Shown here in pieces: positions 48,232 to 58,585 of a stretch of 64,000 bases of DNA. The stretch spans positions 3,072,001-3,136,000 of the forward strand of contig CBDCWI010000002.1 in the NCBI GenBank assembly GCA_965223325.1, written 5' to 3'. Source of the stretch: Candidatus Multivoradales bacterium. Its GTDB lineage: Bacteria; Acidobacteriota; Thermoanaerobaculia; Multivoradales; Multivoraceae. Position 1 is the stretch's first letter. Every line of letters starts with the position of its first letter. A program made the position numbers and the translations under genes. Below the pieces are notes generated by a model, which saw only the letters and a list, made by a program, of their open reading frames with translations, made no database searches and was not told the origin of the DNA.

Positions 48232-48464
48232 ACCCACCAAGGGCCCAGCGCGACCGCCGGCGGGCGTAGTTCAAACGCAATCCACTCCTCTCCGTCTCCG
48301 GCGGGCTATCCCAACGGATAGTCACTAACCGAACGGCTACACCGGAGAAGTCAGCGGCCTCCGCGGACGCCCTATGGGCTGGGTTCCCAGGCGGGCACTC
48401 ACTTTGCACTTCCTGAAGGTCCAACGCACCGGACCGCCGCACAGCGCGCAGGGAGACCACACCC

Positions 48465-49823
48465 ATGGAAGACCAACGCACACTCGCCACCTCCTTCGGA
48501 CGCCGCGCCGCGACCCTCTGCGCCCTCTACTTCGCGCAGGGCGTGCCCTGGGGATTCGTGACGATCTCGTTGGTCGCCTACCTCAACGAGCACGGAATCC
48601 CACGTCAGGAAACGGCCATCCTGATCTCGATGTCGATTCTCCCGTGGACCTTCAAACTGATCTGGGGACCGATGATCGACTCGTTTCAGCTTCGATCGTT
48701 CGGCCGAAGAAGACCCTGGATTCTTTTCGCCCAGGCCATGATGGCGGTGACTCTGCTCGCAGCCTCGACCACTCGCGCGCTGACAGATCCTGAGACAGTC
48801 GGCTTTCTGGCCGCGGTCTTTTTCATCCACAACTGCTTCGCCGCCTTACAAGACGTGGCAACCGATGCACTGGCAATCGACATCCTTCCGCCCAGCGAGC
48901 GTGGGCGAATGAACGGCTTCATGTGGGGCTCGAAGCTGATCGGCATCTCGATCGGTGGAGCCGTCCTTGCTACCGTGATCGTACGCTTTGGTCTCACGGT
49001 TGGTGTCCAGATCCAGGCGCTGGTCGTCCTCCTCATCATGTTGTTGCCCTTGCTGTTGCGCGAGCGCCCGGGCGACCGTTTGTTCCCGTGGAGTAACAGC
49101 GCAGCCGGAGCCCTCGCAGCAACGGGTGGTGAGACAAGCGACGCTGGACCCATCTCCTTCGCCGAGCGCCTGACTGGGCCCTTCAAGGTGCTGAGAGAGC
49201 TCGGCCGCGCGTTCAGCCTGCGAACCACGCTTCTGGCCGGCGTGGTTGCATTGGCCTACATGCTGGCGGAGGGCTTTCACGACGCATCAACTCCTGCCGT
49301 CTTTACCCAGACCTTCGGCTGGAGCACCGAGGCCTACGCGCGGTTGCAGGGAGTCTGGGGAACGGCAGGCAAGCTCATCGGTGCGCTGCTCGGTGGTTAC
49401 CTCTGCGATCGCTATGGTCGTCGCTTGATCGCTGGCATCTTCGCCAGCTCAGTGGCCGTCGTGTTCGTTGCCTTCGGGCTCGCACTCCCGTGGGTCGGCA
49501 ACGTGCCCTCTGCCCTCGCCCTCTTCATCTTTCTCGTCCAGGGTTCCCTGGCCGCCGTCGCCGTGGCCATGTTCTCGCTGTTCATGAAGATCTCCTGGAC
49601 CACGGCCGCGGCCAGCCAGTTCACCCTTCTCATGACGCTCTCCAACATGGGCTATGCCGCGGGTCCTCTCCTGACACGACTCCATCTCAGCGACGCACAA
49701 AGCTACATCGTCGCCGGCGCCGCCGCCATCCTCCCGATGGTGCTCTTGCCCTTGATGGCACCAGAGCGAGTCGAGAAGCGTAAGAAGGCGGAACTGAGGG
49801 TCGCCGTCTCGCAGCCAGCCTGA
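48465..49823 (+). CDS. AmpG-like MFS permease
   Basis: LYFAQGVPWG, LPWTFKLIWGPMID, GRRRPW, AALQDVATDALA. Confidence 0.88.
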   Translation: MEDQRTLATSFGRRAATLCALYFAQGVPWGFVTISLVAYLNEHGIPRQETAILISMSILPWTFKLIWGPMIDSFQLRSFGRRRPWILFAQAMMAVTLLAASTTRALTDPETVGFLAAVFFIHNCFAALQDVATDALAIDILPPSERGRMNGFMWGSKLIGISIGGAVLATVIVRFGLTVGVQIQALVVLLIMLLPLLLRERPGDRLFPWSNSAAGALAATGGETSDAGPISFAERLTGPFKVLRELGRAFSLRTTLLAGVVALAYMLAEGFHDASTPAVFTQTFGWSTEAYARLQGVWGTAGKLIGALLGGYLCDRYGRRLIAGIFASSVAVVFVAFGLALPWVGNVPSALALFIFLVQGSLAAVAVAMFSLFMKISWTTAAASQFTLLMTLSNMGYAAGPLLTRLHLSDAQSYIVAGAAAILPMVLLPLMAPERVEKRKKAELRVAVSQPA

Positions 49824-50035
49824 GCCCCTGCTACGTTGCCCAACCGAAGTCGCCGCAGACCGTATCGCTGTCCTCTGCCACTGGACCAGACCCATCTCGG
49901 CTCGCCGCACGTCGACATTTTCCGGGTCTTCCATCGACATAACGAACCGCCAGAGGTGTTTCAGTTGCATCGCTTCCTGGAAGCGTTCATCATCGTGAAC
50001 GTTCACAACTGCAAAGAGCGTTTCAGGGAGCGGGC

Positions 50036-50800
50036 GTGGGAAAGGTCACCACTACATCGGTCGAGAGGGCACTCGATATTCTCGAGTTCGTGGCGCGGGC
50101 TGAGCGTGGTCAAACCAACTCGGACATCAGTCGCCGGCTCGACATTCCCAAAAGCTCTGCCAGCTACCTGCTGCGTACGCTCGAATCGCGCGGCTACCTG
50201 CGCCGTGACGATGAATCGGGGCGCTATCGCATTGGCATCAAGGTGATCGGCCTTGGCCAGAGCGCGATTCAGGGGCTCGACATTCGCCGGGTCGCTGAGC
50301 CGATTCTGCGCGAGTTGGTCGAAGAAACAGGCCTCACGGGTCATCTGGCGATTCTCGACCACGGGCGTGCGGTCTATATCGATCGCGCAGAGAAGCCCGG
50401 CTTTCTGCTGATCAATACCTGGGTCGGTCGCGAGCTCACCGTGCATTCGACCGGAGTGGGCAAGGTCCTGGTGATGGATCTTCCCCTGGCTGAACTCGAC
50501 GCGATTCTCGAGCGTGACGGTCTTCCGCAGAAGACCCCGAAGACCATCACCACCCGCGCGGCGATGCTCGACGAGCTCGAGCGGGTTCGTAAACAGGGTT
50601 ACGCCGTCGACGACGAGGAGAACAACCTCGGGGTTCGTTGCGTGGCAGTGCCGATCTATGACCAGAGCGGCCGCGTTCTGGCGGCGTTTGGTCTCTCGGG
50701 GCCTACCAGTCATGCCAGGCCCGAGTCTGTCAGCCCGGTCAGCGAGCTGATGCGGACTGCGGCATCCCGTGTCTCGCGGCAACTGGGGTACGCCGCCTAG
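50036..50800 (+). CDS. IclR-family transcriptional regulator
   Basis: SVERALDILE...PKSSA..LLRTL...GYL, HSTGVGK, GYAVDDEE...GVRCVAVPI. Confidence 0.95.
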   Translation: MGKVTTTSVERALDILEFVARAERGQTNSDISRRLDIPKSSASYLLRTLESRGYLRRDDESGRYRIGIKVIGLGQSAIQGLDIRRVAEPILRELVEETGLTGHLAILDHGRAVYIDRAEKPGFLLINTWVGRELTVHSTGVGKVLVMDLPLAELDAILERDGLPQKTPKTITTRAAMLDELERVRKQGYAVDDEENNLGVRCVAVPIYDQSGRVLAAFGLSGPTSHARPESVSPVSELMRTAASRVSRQLGYAA

Positions 50801-50810
50801 AGGCCTCCAG

Positions 50811-51350
50811 TTAGATGCGGCGGTCGAGCCAACCACGCACGCGACCATAGAGACCTTCGCCGAGCAGGCCTTCCGCCGAGCGCGCGATGTCGCGAAGAAC
50901 GATGCGCAACCGCTCTGAGCCGCTCCAGTAACGCTCGGCCAGGGACTCGAACTCAGGGCTCATCACGTGCGAAAGCACCCCGGCGGCCAACACGATGTCG
51001 TCGAGATAGCCCGCCACTCCAAAGAGTCCCTCTGGAAAGAGGTCGATCGGAAGAACGAAGTAAGCCAGCGCACCGCCAATCAAACTCCGGCTTGCGGCAG
51101 GCACCTGTTTGTCGAGGGCGAGGCGTGCGAGCAGAAAGAACAAGTCAGGGGCCAGAAGCAGGTACTCCGCCGTCTGCTCGGAGAGCCGGCCTGATGAAAC
51201 TGCCTTCTTGATGCGTCGACGCAGCACATCGTAGAAGCCAAGCAGCTTCGGCTCCGGCGGTTTGGCGACCCGTTCGGTCGAGATCGCCGTCTCTTCGGGA
51301 GGCAAAACCTCGTCGGGTTGGAGGGGGGCTTTCCTGGTGTCGGCGCTCAT
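50811..51350 (-). CDS. DUF1232/YkvA-family protein
   Basis: ALAYFVLPIDLFPE....GYLDDI. Confidence 0.85.
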   Translation of the reverse strand: MSADTRKAPLQPDEVLPPEETAISTERVAKPPEPKLLGFYDVLRRRIKKAVSSGRLSEQTAEYLLLAPDLFFLLARLALDKQVPAASRSLIGGALAYFVLPIDLFPEGLFGVAGYLDDIVLAAGVLSHVMSPEFESLAERYWSGSERLRIVLRDIARSAEGLLGEGLYGRVRGWLDRRI

Positions 51351-51383
51351 CGGACCTTCTATTCTACTGGCCGACGTTCCCCC

Positions 51384-52289
51384 TTAGGTCGCCGCGAGAC
51401 TCTTCTCCCAGAGATCCCGAACGGCACGGTCGAGTCCAAGCGCAGGCGACCACCCGAGGCTTCGCAATCGCTCGGCCTGGCCAACGACGCGCGGATTGTC
51501 AGATGGACGCATGCGCTCGGGATCGAGTTCGATGTGCGCTTCGACGCCTGAAACCTCGAGCAGGAGGTCGAGCGCCCGGCGAATCGACACCGCCTCTCCC
51601 GACGCCAGGTTGTAGACCGAGCCCGGCTCGCCCTCGAGAGCGACAGCCATGTAGGCCGCGGCACCATCTCTGACATGGAGAAAGTCGCGCTCTGCCTCGA
51701 GGTTGCCAACCCTCAACACGGGCTCACGGCCACCACGGGCCATTTCGGCGAGTTGCTCTGCAAAACTCGGCAGCGCGAACTCGGTCGACTGGCCGGGACC
51801 GATGAGGTTGAACGAGCGCACCACGATGGCGCCGCGCGCTAGACACAAGCGTTCCGCTGCGGCCTTGGTGAGACCGTACGGCGTCGCCGGAGAGACCTCG
51901 CGCTCCTCAGCAATGGGCAACTCGGCCACCGGGACCGGCCCGTACACCTCAGCGCTCGAAGCCAGAACCATCCGCGTTCCCTCAGGCAGGGCATCGAGAA
52001 CCCGCTCGGTGCCAAGGACATTGACCGCAAAGTACGCGCCTGGTGCCTTCCAGGAGCGACCGACGTGGCTGAGCCCGGCAAGGTGGATCACCACGTCAGG
52101 CGCCGCGGCTTCAATCTCCTGGCGAATCGCTTCGCTGTCGAGAACCGAAGCGCTGACGAGTTCAACCCCTTCGAGTGCCGGCCGGGTCTTGAGATAGCTG
52201 CCAGTGACTTCGTGACCCGCTGCGCCGAGACACGCAGCGAGATGCCCGCCAACGAAACCCTCGATTCCAGTGATGAAAATCCTGGCCAT
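51384..52289 (-). CDS. NAD-dependent sugar epimerase/reductase (GDP-4-keto-6-deoxymannose reductase-like)
   Basis: TGIEGFVG, HLAG, SSAEVYG, YGLTK, FNLIGPGQ, RDFLHVRD. Confidence 0.85.
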   Translation of the reverse strand: MARIFITGIEGFVGGHLAACLGAAGHEVTGSYLKTRPALEGVELVSASVLDSEAIRQEIEAAAPDVVIHLAGLSHVGRSWKAPGAYFAVNVLGTERVLDALPEGTRMVLASSAEVYGPVPVAELPIAEEREVSPATPYGLTKAAAERLCLARGAIVVRSFNLIGPGQSTEFALPSFAEQLAEMARGGREPVLRVGNLEAERDFLHVRDGAAAYMAVALEGEPGSVYNLASGEAVSIRRALDLLLEVSGVEAHIELDPERMRPSDNPRVVGQAERLRSLGWSPALGLDRAVRDLWEKSLAAT

Positions 52290-52294
52290 TCAGT

Positions 52295-53137
52295 TCACGC
52301 CGCCTCGAGTCGTCGATAGGTCGCAAGGCCTTCGTACCAGCGCTCGACGGGACGCTTGGCGAGCTCTTGGAAACGACCGACATCGAGAACCGAATAGGCC
52401 GGCCGCGCGGCGGGCCGCGGAAACTCCGCAGTGGTCACCGGCACGACGCGCGCTTCGAGCCCCCAGACCTCGACCACGGCGCTTGCCAGATCGAACCAGG
52501 TGGCCGGCTCGTCGTCGCGATAGTGCACGATGCCCGACGCATCGACGGAGATCAGGTCGAACACCGCGTTGGCGAGATGCGGGGTGAACGTCGGCGCGCC
52601 GCGCTGGTCGTCAACGACGCGCAACTCATCGCGCTCTCTGCCAAGACGAGCCATCGTGTCGACAAAGTTCCTCCCTCCCGGCCCAAAGAGCCAACTGGTG
52701 CGCACGACTAGAGCACCACTAGCCGTCAACGCCTCGCGCTCGCCCAGTAGCTTGCTTTCGCCGTAGGCCGAGATTGGCGCAGTCGATGCACCCTCGAGAT
52801 AGGGAACGTCCGCCGTGCCGTCGAAGACGTAGTCGCTCGAGATCTGGACCAGTCGCATGCCGCGCTTCTCCGCTGCCCGGGCCAGTCGACCGACGGCGTG
52901 GCCATTCACCTCGAAGGCTCGCTCGGTTTCGGTCTCGCAACCGTCGACGTTGGTATAGGCCGCGGCGTTGATCACCCATCGTGGTTCGAAGTCTTCGAAT
53001 ACTGCCTCGACGGCCTCGGTGTCGGTTACATCGAGGTCAGAGTGGGCAAGCGATTCGAAGTCGAGCTCTCTGGCTAATGCTCCCTCGGCCAGAGAGCGGC
53101 CGAGCATTCCTCCGCCGCCGAGAATGAGGATCGACAT
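52295..53137 (-). CDS. rfbD: dTDP-4-dehydrorhamnose reductase
   Basis: GGGGMLG, NAAAYTNVDGCE, SSDYVFDG, YGESKLLGE, VVDDQRGAPT, RPAYS. Confidence 0.93.
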   Translation of the reverse strand: MSILILGGGGMLGRSLAEGALARELDFESLAHSDLDVTDTEAVEAVFEDFEPRWVINAAAYTNVDGCETETERAFEVNGHAVGRLARAAEKRGMRLVQISSDYVFDGTADVPYLEGASTAPISAYGESKLLGEREALTASGALVVRTSWLFGPGGRNFVDTMARLGRERDELRVVDDQRGAPTFTPHLANAVFDLISVDASGIVHYRDDEPATWFDLASAVVEVWGLEARVVPVTTAEFPRPAARPAYSVLDVGRFQELAKRPVERWYEGLATYRRLEAA

Positions 53138-53141
53138 CGCT

Positions 53142-55487
53142 CTAGAAGGTCTCGTGGCTGCCACCGGTGAAGTCGAGGAACGTTCCGACATTCTTGAGCG
53201 AGAGCGAGAAGCGGAACTCGCGGTCGACAAGCTCACCGCGGCGATACTCGCCCAGCTCGAGGTTGACGCTGTAGCAAGAGCCCTGAAAGCGCAGGAGGTG
53301 CCGTTGCAGAATCATTTCCTCACGAAGAATGTCGTAGTTGATCGACGAGTCGAGGAAGAGGCGGCGGGCGACAATCGGGAAGCGCGACGAAACGCGCACC
53401 TGGTGGGTCAGCGTGTCGTCTCGCTCCGGATCGATGCGCGTGGTCCAACGCACGCCGAGCCTGCTCTGGCCACTGAAGCGCAGCGTCGAACTGAGCGAAG
53501 CCGACTCGATTGCGCCGAACAGAGTGTTGTAGCGCACGTCGGTGTCGATCTGCGTGCGGTTGCTCGGGCTATAGCGCAGCCGAGCGCGCACGGGGCCTTG
53601 CTGTTTCTCGCGCCGCACTCCATTCTCGTCGAGGCCACCGATCTGAAGCGGCTTCTCATCGTCAAACGAGAAGTCCTGCGAGAGCTCGAATGACAAGATC
53701 TCGAACGCACCCCCGCCACCTTCTTCTGCCGGTTTGGCCAATAGACGATTGAAGAGACTGAAGCGCGCGACGTTGGCGCCGCTCACCCGATCGACCTCGT
53801 CGAAAAGCGGTACCAGCGCCTGGTCTTCGTAGTCATCGAGAAAGGAATAGGTGATGCGCGGCTCGATGAGGTGCTTGAACTTGCTGAACTTCTTGCCGCC
53901 GCTATCGAAGATCTTGGAGAAACTCGGCCCAACGATCTCGGCCGACGCGGTAGGCACGGCGCGCGTGATGCTCTCGCCACTGAAATCGGTGGTGCGGTCG
54001 GCCTCGAGCCGTGAGCTCTCGGTCAGGCTGTCGCCGTACCAGGTCAAGCGACCACCGGCGGTGAAGGAAAACTGAAGCCAAGGTAGCGTCCGAATCGGCA
54101 GCGTGATGTTTGGAAAGAGATCCGCGCGCGCGTAGGAGTTGTCTTGCAGCTCGGTGCGCTCAACGTCGAGATAGTGGACCGAGCTGCGCAGATCGAGGTA
54201 GAGCGGCGAAGAGCCGATGCGCGTCGATCGCAGCTTGTATTCGAGCTCGGGCAACTGACGAAGGGTCACGTTGCGATCGGCGTTGATGAACGTCTCACGC
54301 TGGTCGAGATTCAGGTTGAGCGAGTGCGGCCCCCAGTTGCCGGTGAGGTAGGCGGTCGAATAGAGCTGCCGCCGCGCGTGCCGGTCACCGCGGCGCTCGA
54401 AGTCGAGAAAGTAGTCGAAGTCTGAAGCGTCTTCGTAGTTGATGACGGCACGCATTCCCGCCGGCAGGTTGCGCGACTCGTGGTGGTACGACATGCGCCA
54501 ACGGGTTTCGTCGCGATCCGGGTCTCGAATGCCATAGCCCTCGAAGATTCCCTCGGTGCCTTCGCTTGGTTTGTAGCGCACCTCGGTGCCAAAGCCGAGG
54601 TAGTTGTAACCCGCCGACTCGCCGGTCTCGGTGGTGGTGAACACCAGGCCGCCGCCGTCACCGCTGAAGAGGTCGGTCTGGAAGGTGGCGTCCCAGCTGC
54701 GGTTGATCGCCCAGTAGTAGGCCAGGCCGAGGGAGATCCCGCGGCGCTCCGAGTATCCTGGCTTGGGAACCAGAAAGCCCGAGGTGCGATCAGACATCAC
54801 CGGCCACAGAATGTAGGGCGAGTACAAGAGCGGTAGCTTCTTGGCGCGGAACGTCGCCCCACGGACTTTCGCATAACCACCGAGAGTGACGTCTGCCCGT
54901 CGAGTTCTGAAGCTCCAGGCCGGCACTTCGCCCTCGCACGAACTGAACGCGCCATCGAGAATTCGATACTGGTTCTCGCCGGTCTTGATCACCTCGCGCC
55001 CGGTGAAGAAGTAGTCGGTGCCGGAGTTGCCAGTGGCGTTGATGATCCTACCCAGTTCAGTCTCGAGGTTGATCTCGAGGGAATCTCCGGTCAATCGCTC
55101 GGGGCCCTGGTCGAAGACCACGTTGCCACTTGCTACGACGTCCTGGGTCTCGGAGTCGAAGTCGATCTGGTCGGCCTTGATCGAGATGTCCTGGTAGAGG
55201 ATCTCTTCGACTCCGAAGACCTGCCACTTGCCGCTGCCGTCGGTACTGACCTCGCGCGCCTGGCCGGTGACCGTACTGCCGTCTTCCAGGCGGATTTCGA
55301 AAGTCGTCAGCTGGGGCCGTTCCTCCTCGGTGGAGGCCGGATTGCCGACGGCGAAGTCACCGTCAGGTGCAGACGCGCCGTCTCCTTCTTCGTCCTGTGC
55401 GACCACCGGAGACCCCAGAGGCAGAACCGCCAGCAACAACCCCAGGACCGAGAGTCTGAGCCTGCCGGCCAGGGCTTTTCGAATCAC
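53142..55487 (-). CDS. lptD: LPS assembly protein LptD
   Basis: Signal peptide, OstA-like N-terminus, FSSC...P.W, RTSGFLVP, LPEL, KHLIEP beta-barrel motifs. GTGA overlap with the thiolase stop. Confidence 0.85.
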   Translation of the reverse strand: MIRKALAGRLRLSVLGLLLAVLPLGSPVVAQDEEGDGASAPDGDFAVGNPASTEEERPQLTTFEIRLEDGSTVTGQAREVSTDGSGKWQVFGVEEILYQDISIKADQIDFDSETQDVVASGNVVFDQGPERLTGDSLEINLETELGRIINATGNSGTDYFFTGREVIKTGENQYRILDGAFSSCEGEVPAWSFRTRRADVTLGGYAKVRGATFRAKKLPLLYSPYILWPVMSDRTSGFLVPKPGYSERRGISLGLAYYWAINRSWDATFQTDLFSGDGGGLVFTTTETGESAGYNYLGFGTEVRYKPSEGTEGIFEGYGIRDPDRDETRWRMSYHHESRNLPAGMRAVINYEDASDFDYFLDFERRGDRHARRQLYSTAYLTGNWGPHSLNLNLDQRETFINADRNVTLRQLPELEYKLRSTRIGSSPLYLDLRSSVHYLDVERTELQDNSYARADLFPNITLPIRTLPWLQFSFTAGGRLTWYGDSLTESSRLEADRTTDFSGESITRAVPTASAEIVGPSFSKIFDSGGKKFSKFKHLIEPRITYSFLDDYEDQALVPLFDEVDRVSGANVARFSLFNRLLAKPAEEGGGGAFEILSFELSQDFSFDDEKPLQIGGLDENGVRREKQQGPVRARLRYSPSNRTQIDTDVRYNTLFGAIESASLSSTLRFSGQSRLGVRWTTRIDPERDDTLTHQVRVSSRFPIVARRLFLDSSINYDILREEMILQRHLLRFQGSCYSVNLELGEYRRGELVDREFRFSLSLKNVGTFLDFTGGSHETF

Positions 55488-56677
55488 GCCACCCTCTCGA
55501 CCAACATCGCGGTCGCTTCGCCGCCACCGATGCAAATCGCAGCGCAACCGAGCTTCGCGTCACGCTCTTCCATCGCATGCAGGAGGGTGGTGACGATGCG
55601 AGCGCCAGAGGCACCAATGGGATGGCCTAGTGAAACGGCACCGCCATTTACGTTGACCTTCTCGTGCGGTAGATCGAGGCTCTTCATGCACGCGAGAACC
55701 ACCACCGAAAACGCTTCATTGATCTCCCAGAGGTCGACATCCGAGGCCTTGACATCAGCACGCTCGAGGACCCGCTCGATGGCCTTGATGGGTGCGGTGG
55801 TAAACCACTCGGGCTCGTGAGCGGCACTGGCCTGGGCCACGAGGCGCGCCAGCGGCTTGATGCCTTGCTTCTCGGCAACAGCAGGAGTCCCCAGCACGAG
55901 CGCCGCGGCCCCGTCGCTCAGGTTGCTGGCGTTGGCAGCAGTCACCGTGCCGTCTTCCTCGAACGCCGGCCGCAGACCACCCATGCGATCGAGCTTCACC
56001 TTGAAAGGATCTTCGTCTCGATCGACGACGGTTGGATCGCCGCGCCGCACGGGCACTTCGACGGACGCGAGCTCGGCCTCGAACCGCCCCTCCTCGGTCG
56101 CCGCGCGAGCGCGCTCGTAGCTGGCTCGGGCATAGGCGTCTTGATCGTCGCGGGAGAAGTCGAACTCGCGCGCGCAGAGCTCGGCGCAGTTGCCCATGTG
56201 CTGATCGTTGTAGGGATCCCAGAGACCGTCGTGAATCATCGAGTCGACCAACGTCTGGTTACCGAAGCGCAGACCTCGCCGTGCTCCTTCGACGAGGTAC
56301 GGAGAGTTGCTCATACTCTCCATGCCGCCGGCGGCGACAACCTCGAAGTCGCCGCAGCGGATGTCGTTGGCGGCGATCATCAAGGTACGCATCCCCGAAC
56401 CGCACACCTTGTTGAGGGTGATGGCACCAGCCGAGATAGGTAGGCCGGCTCCGAGGGCCGCTTGACGCGCCGGCGCTTGACCGACGCCGCCCGTCAGAAC
56501 GCAGCCCATGTTGACCTGCTCAATCGCGTCGGGAGCGACCCCCGCCTTCTCGACCGCCGCTCGAATGGCCACCGCCCCGAGGACCGGCGCGTCGAGAGTG
56601 CCGAGCGCACCCTGAAAGCCCCCGATGGGCGTGCGAGCAGCGCTCAGAACCAGGACAGGAGAAGCAGTGTTGGGCAT
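55484..56677 (-). CDS. Acetyl-CoA C-acetyltransferase (thiolase)
   Basis: RTPIG, NKVCGSG, GGMESMS, EINEAF, GHPIGASG, CIGGG. Confidence 0.96.
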   Translation of the reverse strand: MPNTASPVLVLSAARTPIGGFQGALGTLDAPVLGAVAIRAAVEKAGVAPDAIEQVNMGCVLTGGVGQAPARQAALGAGLPISAGAITLNKVCGSGMRTLMIAANDIRCGDFEVVAAGGMESMSNSPYLVEGARRGLRFGNQTLVDSMIHDGLWDPYNDQHMGNCAELCAREFDFSRDDQDAYARASYERARAATEEGRFEAELASVEVPVRRGDPTVVDRDEDPFKVKLDRMGGLRPAFEEDGTVTAANASNLSDGAAALVLGTPAVAEKQGIKPLARLVAQASAAHEPEWFTTAPIKAIERVLERADVKASDVDLWEINEAFSVVVLACMKSLDLPHEKVNVNGGAVSLGHPIGASGARIVTTLLHAMEERDAKLGCAAICIGGGEATAMLVERVA

Positions 56678-56865
56678 CTGGAGGAATCCGTTTGGAAGAG
56701 GTCTTGGGGCTCTGGAGACGGGCGAAACGAACGTGCGCGGCAAAGGGGCCGAACCTCCTGTACACCATTTCCATGAGGGCCCAACCCGGCCCCCTGAGCG
56801 CTGTGGAAGGCGTTTGGATCGTAGCAGAGCGACTCCTTGCGCGATGCCGTATTCTCTTGGCCGCA

Positions 56866-57309
56866 ATGCGTCTACTGGCGATCGATTTCGGAGAAAAACG
56901 GGTGGGTCTCGCCATCTCTGACGAAACCGGAGGCGCGCGCCCGCTCGCCACTCTCGATCGCTCGACGGACAAGATCGTGGCCGCCCAGATCGCCCAGAAG
57001 GCAAAAGAGCTCGAGGTCACGGAACTGATTCTCGGCGAGCCGAGGAATGCATCGGGGGGCGCCGCCGAATGGACGGAGCGCGTGCGCCGTTTCGCCGTCC
57101 GGCTCGAGCGGCGGGTCCGCCTGCCGCTTTCCCTCGTCGATGAGTCGCTGACTTCGCACGAAGCCGAACAGCGGCTGCGCAGCAAGGGCATAGACCCGAG
57201 GCGCGAGCCCGGCAGGGTCGACGCGCTCGCCGCAGCGATTCTGCTCGAAGGTGAACTCGCCAGGCGACAACGCGAGGAGCTGATGGCCGGGGCTACTGAG
57301 GGTAAGTGA
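56866..57309 (+). CDS. ruvX: YqgF/RuvX nuclease
   Basis: LAIDFGEKRVGLAISD, VDESLTS.EA, VDALAAAILL. Confidence 0.93.
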   Translation: MRLLAIDFGEKRVGLAISDETGGARPLATLDRSTDKIVAAQIAQKAKELEVTELILGEPRNASGGAAEWTERVRRFAVRLERRVRLPLSLVDESLTSHEAEQRLRSKGIDPRREPGRVDALAAAILLEGELARRQREELMAGATEGK

Positions 57310-58367
57310 GCATGCTGCGGAAACTCTTCAAACTCTTCGGCTGCCTGGTGCTCCTTGCGGTTCTGGCGGTTGCTGCAATCGCCGCCGCGCTGCGCTGGGG
57401 TTGGCAGGAACTGCACGAACCACGCGCCATCCCGGGTGGCGAGGACGGCGTCGTCGTTCAGGTAGAGCCCGGCACCGGTGCGGGCGCCATCCTCGGGCTG
57501 CTGGAAGAGCACGGCGTTCTCGAACGACCGGAGCTCGCTCGCCTCTACCTCGGTCGCGTGCTCGACGACCCCCCTCTCCATCACGGCGAGTACCACTTCA
57601 GCGGCGAGATGCGGGCGGTCGATGTTCTCGAAAAGTTGATCGAGGGCGACGTCGTATTGCACTCCCTGACCGTGATCGAAGGTCTGACACTCGACGAAAC
57701 GGCCGACGCGATTGCCGAAGCCGGCTTCGGCGACCGCGAGGTACTGCGAGAGCTCGTCCATGACCCCGCACCAATCACAGATCTCGATCCCGGAGCCGAA
57801 AACCTCGAGGGCTATCTCTACCCCGAGACCTACTCGTTCCCACAAAGCGCCACCGAACGCGAAGTCATCGAGGCGATGGTCGGCGCGTTCCGGCGCCTGT
57901 ACGAAGACAGAATCGCCAACCGCCTCGATGGCGTTATGTCACTACGTGACCTGGTGACGCTGGCTTCGATCGTTGAGAAGGAAGCACAAGAGGACAGCGA
58001 GCGACCGCTGATAGCCAGCGTCTACGCCAACCGTCTTCGCATTGGGATGGGTCTCTACGCCGACCCAACGATCATCTACGCCAAGAAGCGCGCCGGGAAC
58101 TGGGACGGCAATCTGACCCGTCGCGATCTGGCCCTCGATTCGCCCTACAACACCTACGTCGTGCCGGGTCTCCCACCGAGCCCGATCTGCTCGCCGACAG
58201 TCGAGTCGCTCGAAGCCGCCCTCGACCCCGCCGAGACGCCCTTTCTCTACTTCGTCAGCAGGAACGACGGAACGCACGTGTTCGCTGAAACCTTGCGCGA
58301 ACACAATCAGAACGTCGATCGCTGGCAGCGCCGATACTGGCGCGAGAAACGTCAGAAGGGCAATTGA
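57306..58367 (+). CDS. mltG: Endolytic transglycosylase MltG
   Basis: N-terminal TM, LEGYLYPETY, LASIVEKE, NRL..GM.L..DPT, SPYNTY..PGLPPSPI. Confidence 0.96.
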   Translation: MSMLRKLFKLFGCLVLLAVLAVAAIAAALRWGWQELHEPRAIPGGEDGVVVQVEPGTGAGAILGLLEEHGVLERPELARLYLGRVLDDPPLHHGEYHFSGEMRAVDVLEKLIEGDVVLHSLTVIEGLTLDETADAIAEAGFGDREVLRELVHDPAPITDLDPGAENLEGYLYPETYSFPQSATEREVIEAMVGAFRRLYEDRIANRLDGVMSLRDLVTLASIVEKEAQEDSERPLIASVYANRLRIGMGLYADPTIIYAKKRAGNWDGNLTRRDLALDSPYNTYVVPGLPPSPICSPTVESLEAALDPAETPFLYFVSRNDGTHVFAETLREHNQNVDRWQRRYWREKRQKGN

Positions 58368-58585
58368 GGCCCTAACGCTCCCCAGGGACCGAGAACGGCT
58401 CTAGAGCGGCGGAGGAATCGCGGCTGCACCAGAAAACCCGGGGGCGGCTCCATGCCTACCGGCTGTTGGGAGGGGCTGGCTGGACGCCTCGACGTCGCAG
58501 CGGAGGGCAGGAAAACACGAAACTTCTAGTAGAATCGTTCGATCCTCTATTTCAACTTGATGTGGCCCTCAAGGAGCTTTCTGCT

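Noticed and set aside
51384-56677. thiolase-lptD-rfbD-rmd run considered as a novel pathway
   Set aside because: All are ordinary housekeeping or envelope genes, and nothing beyond co-transcription links them
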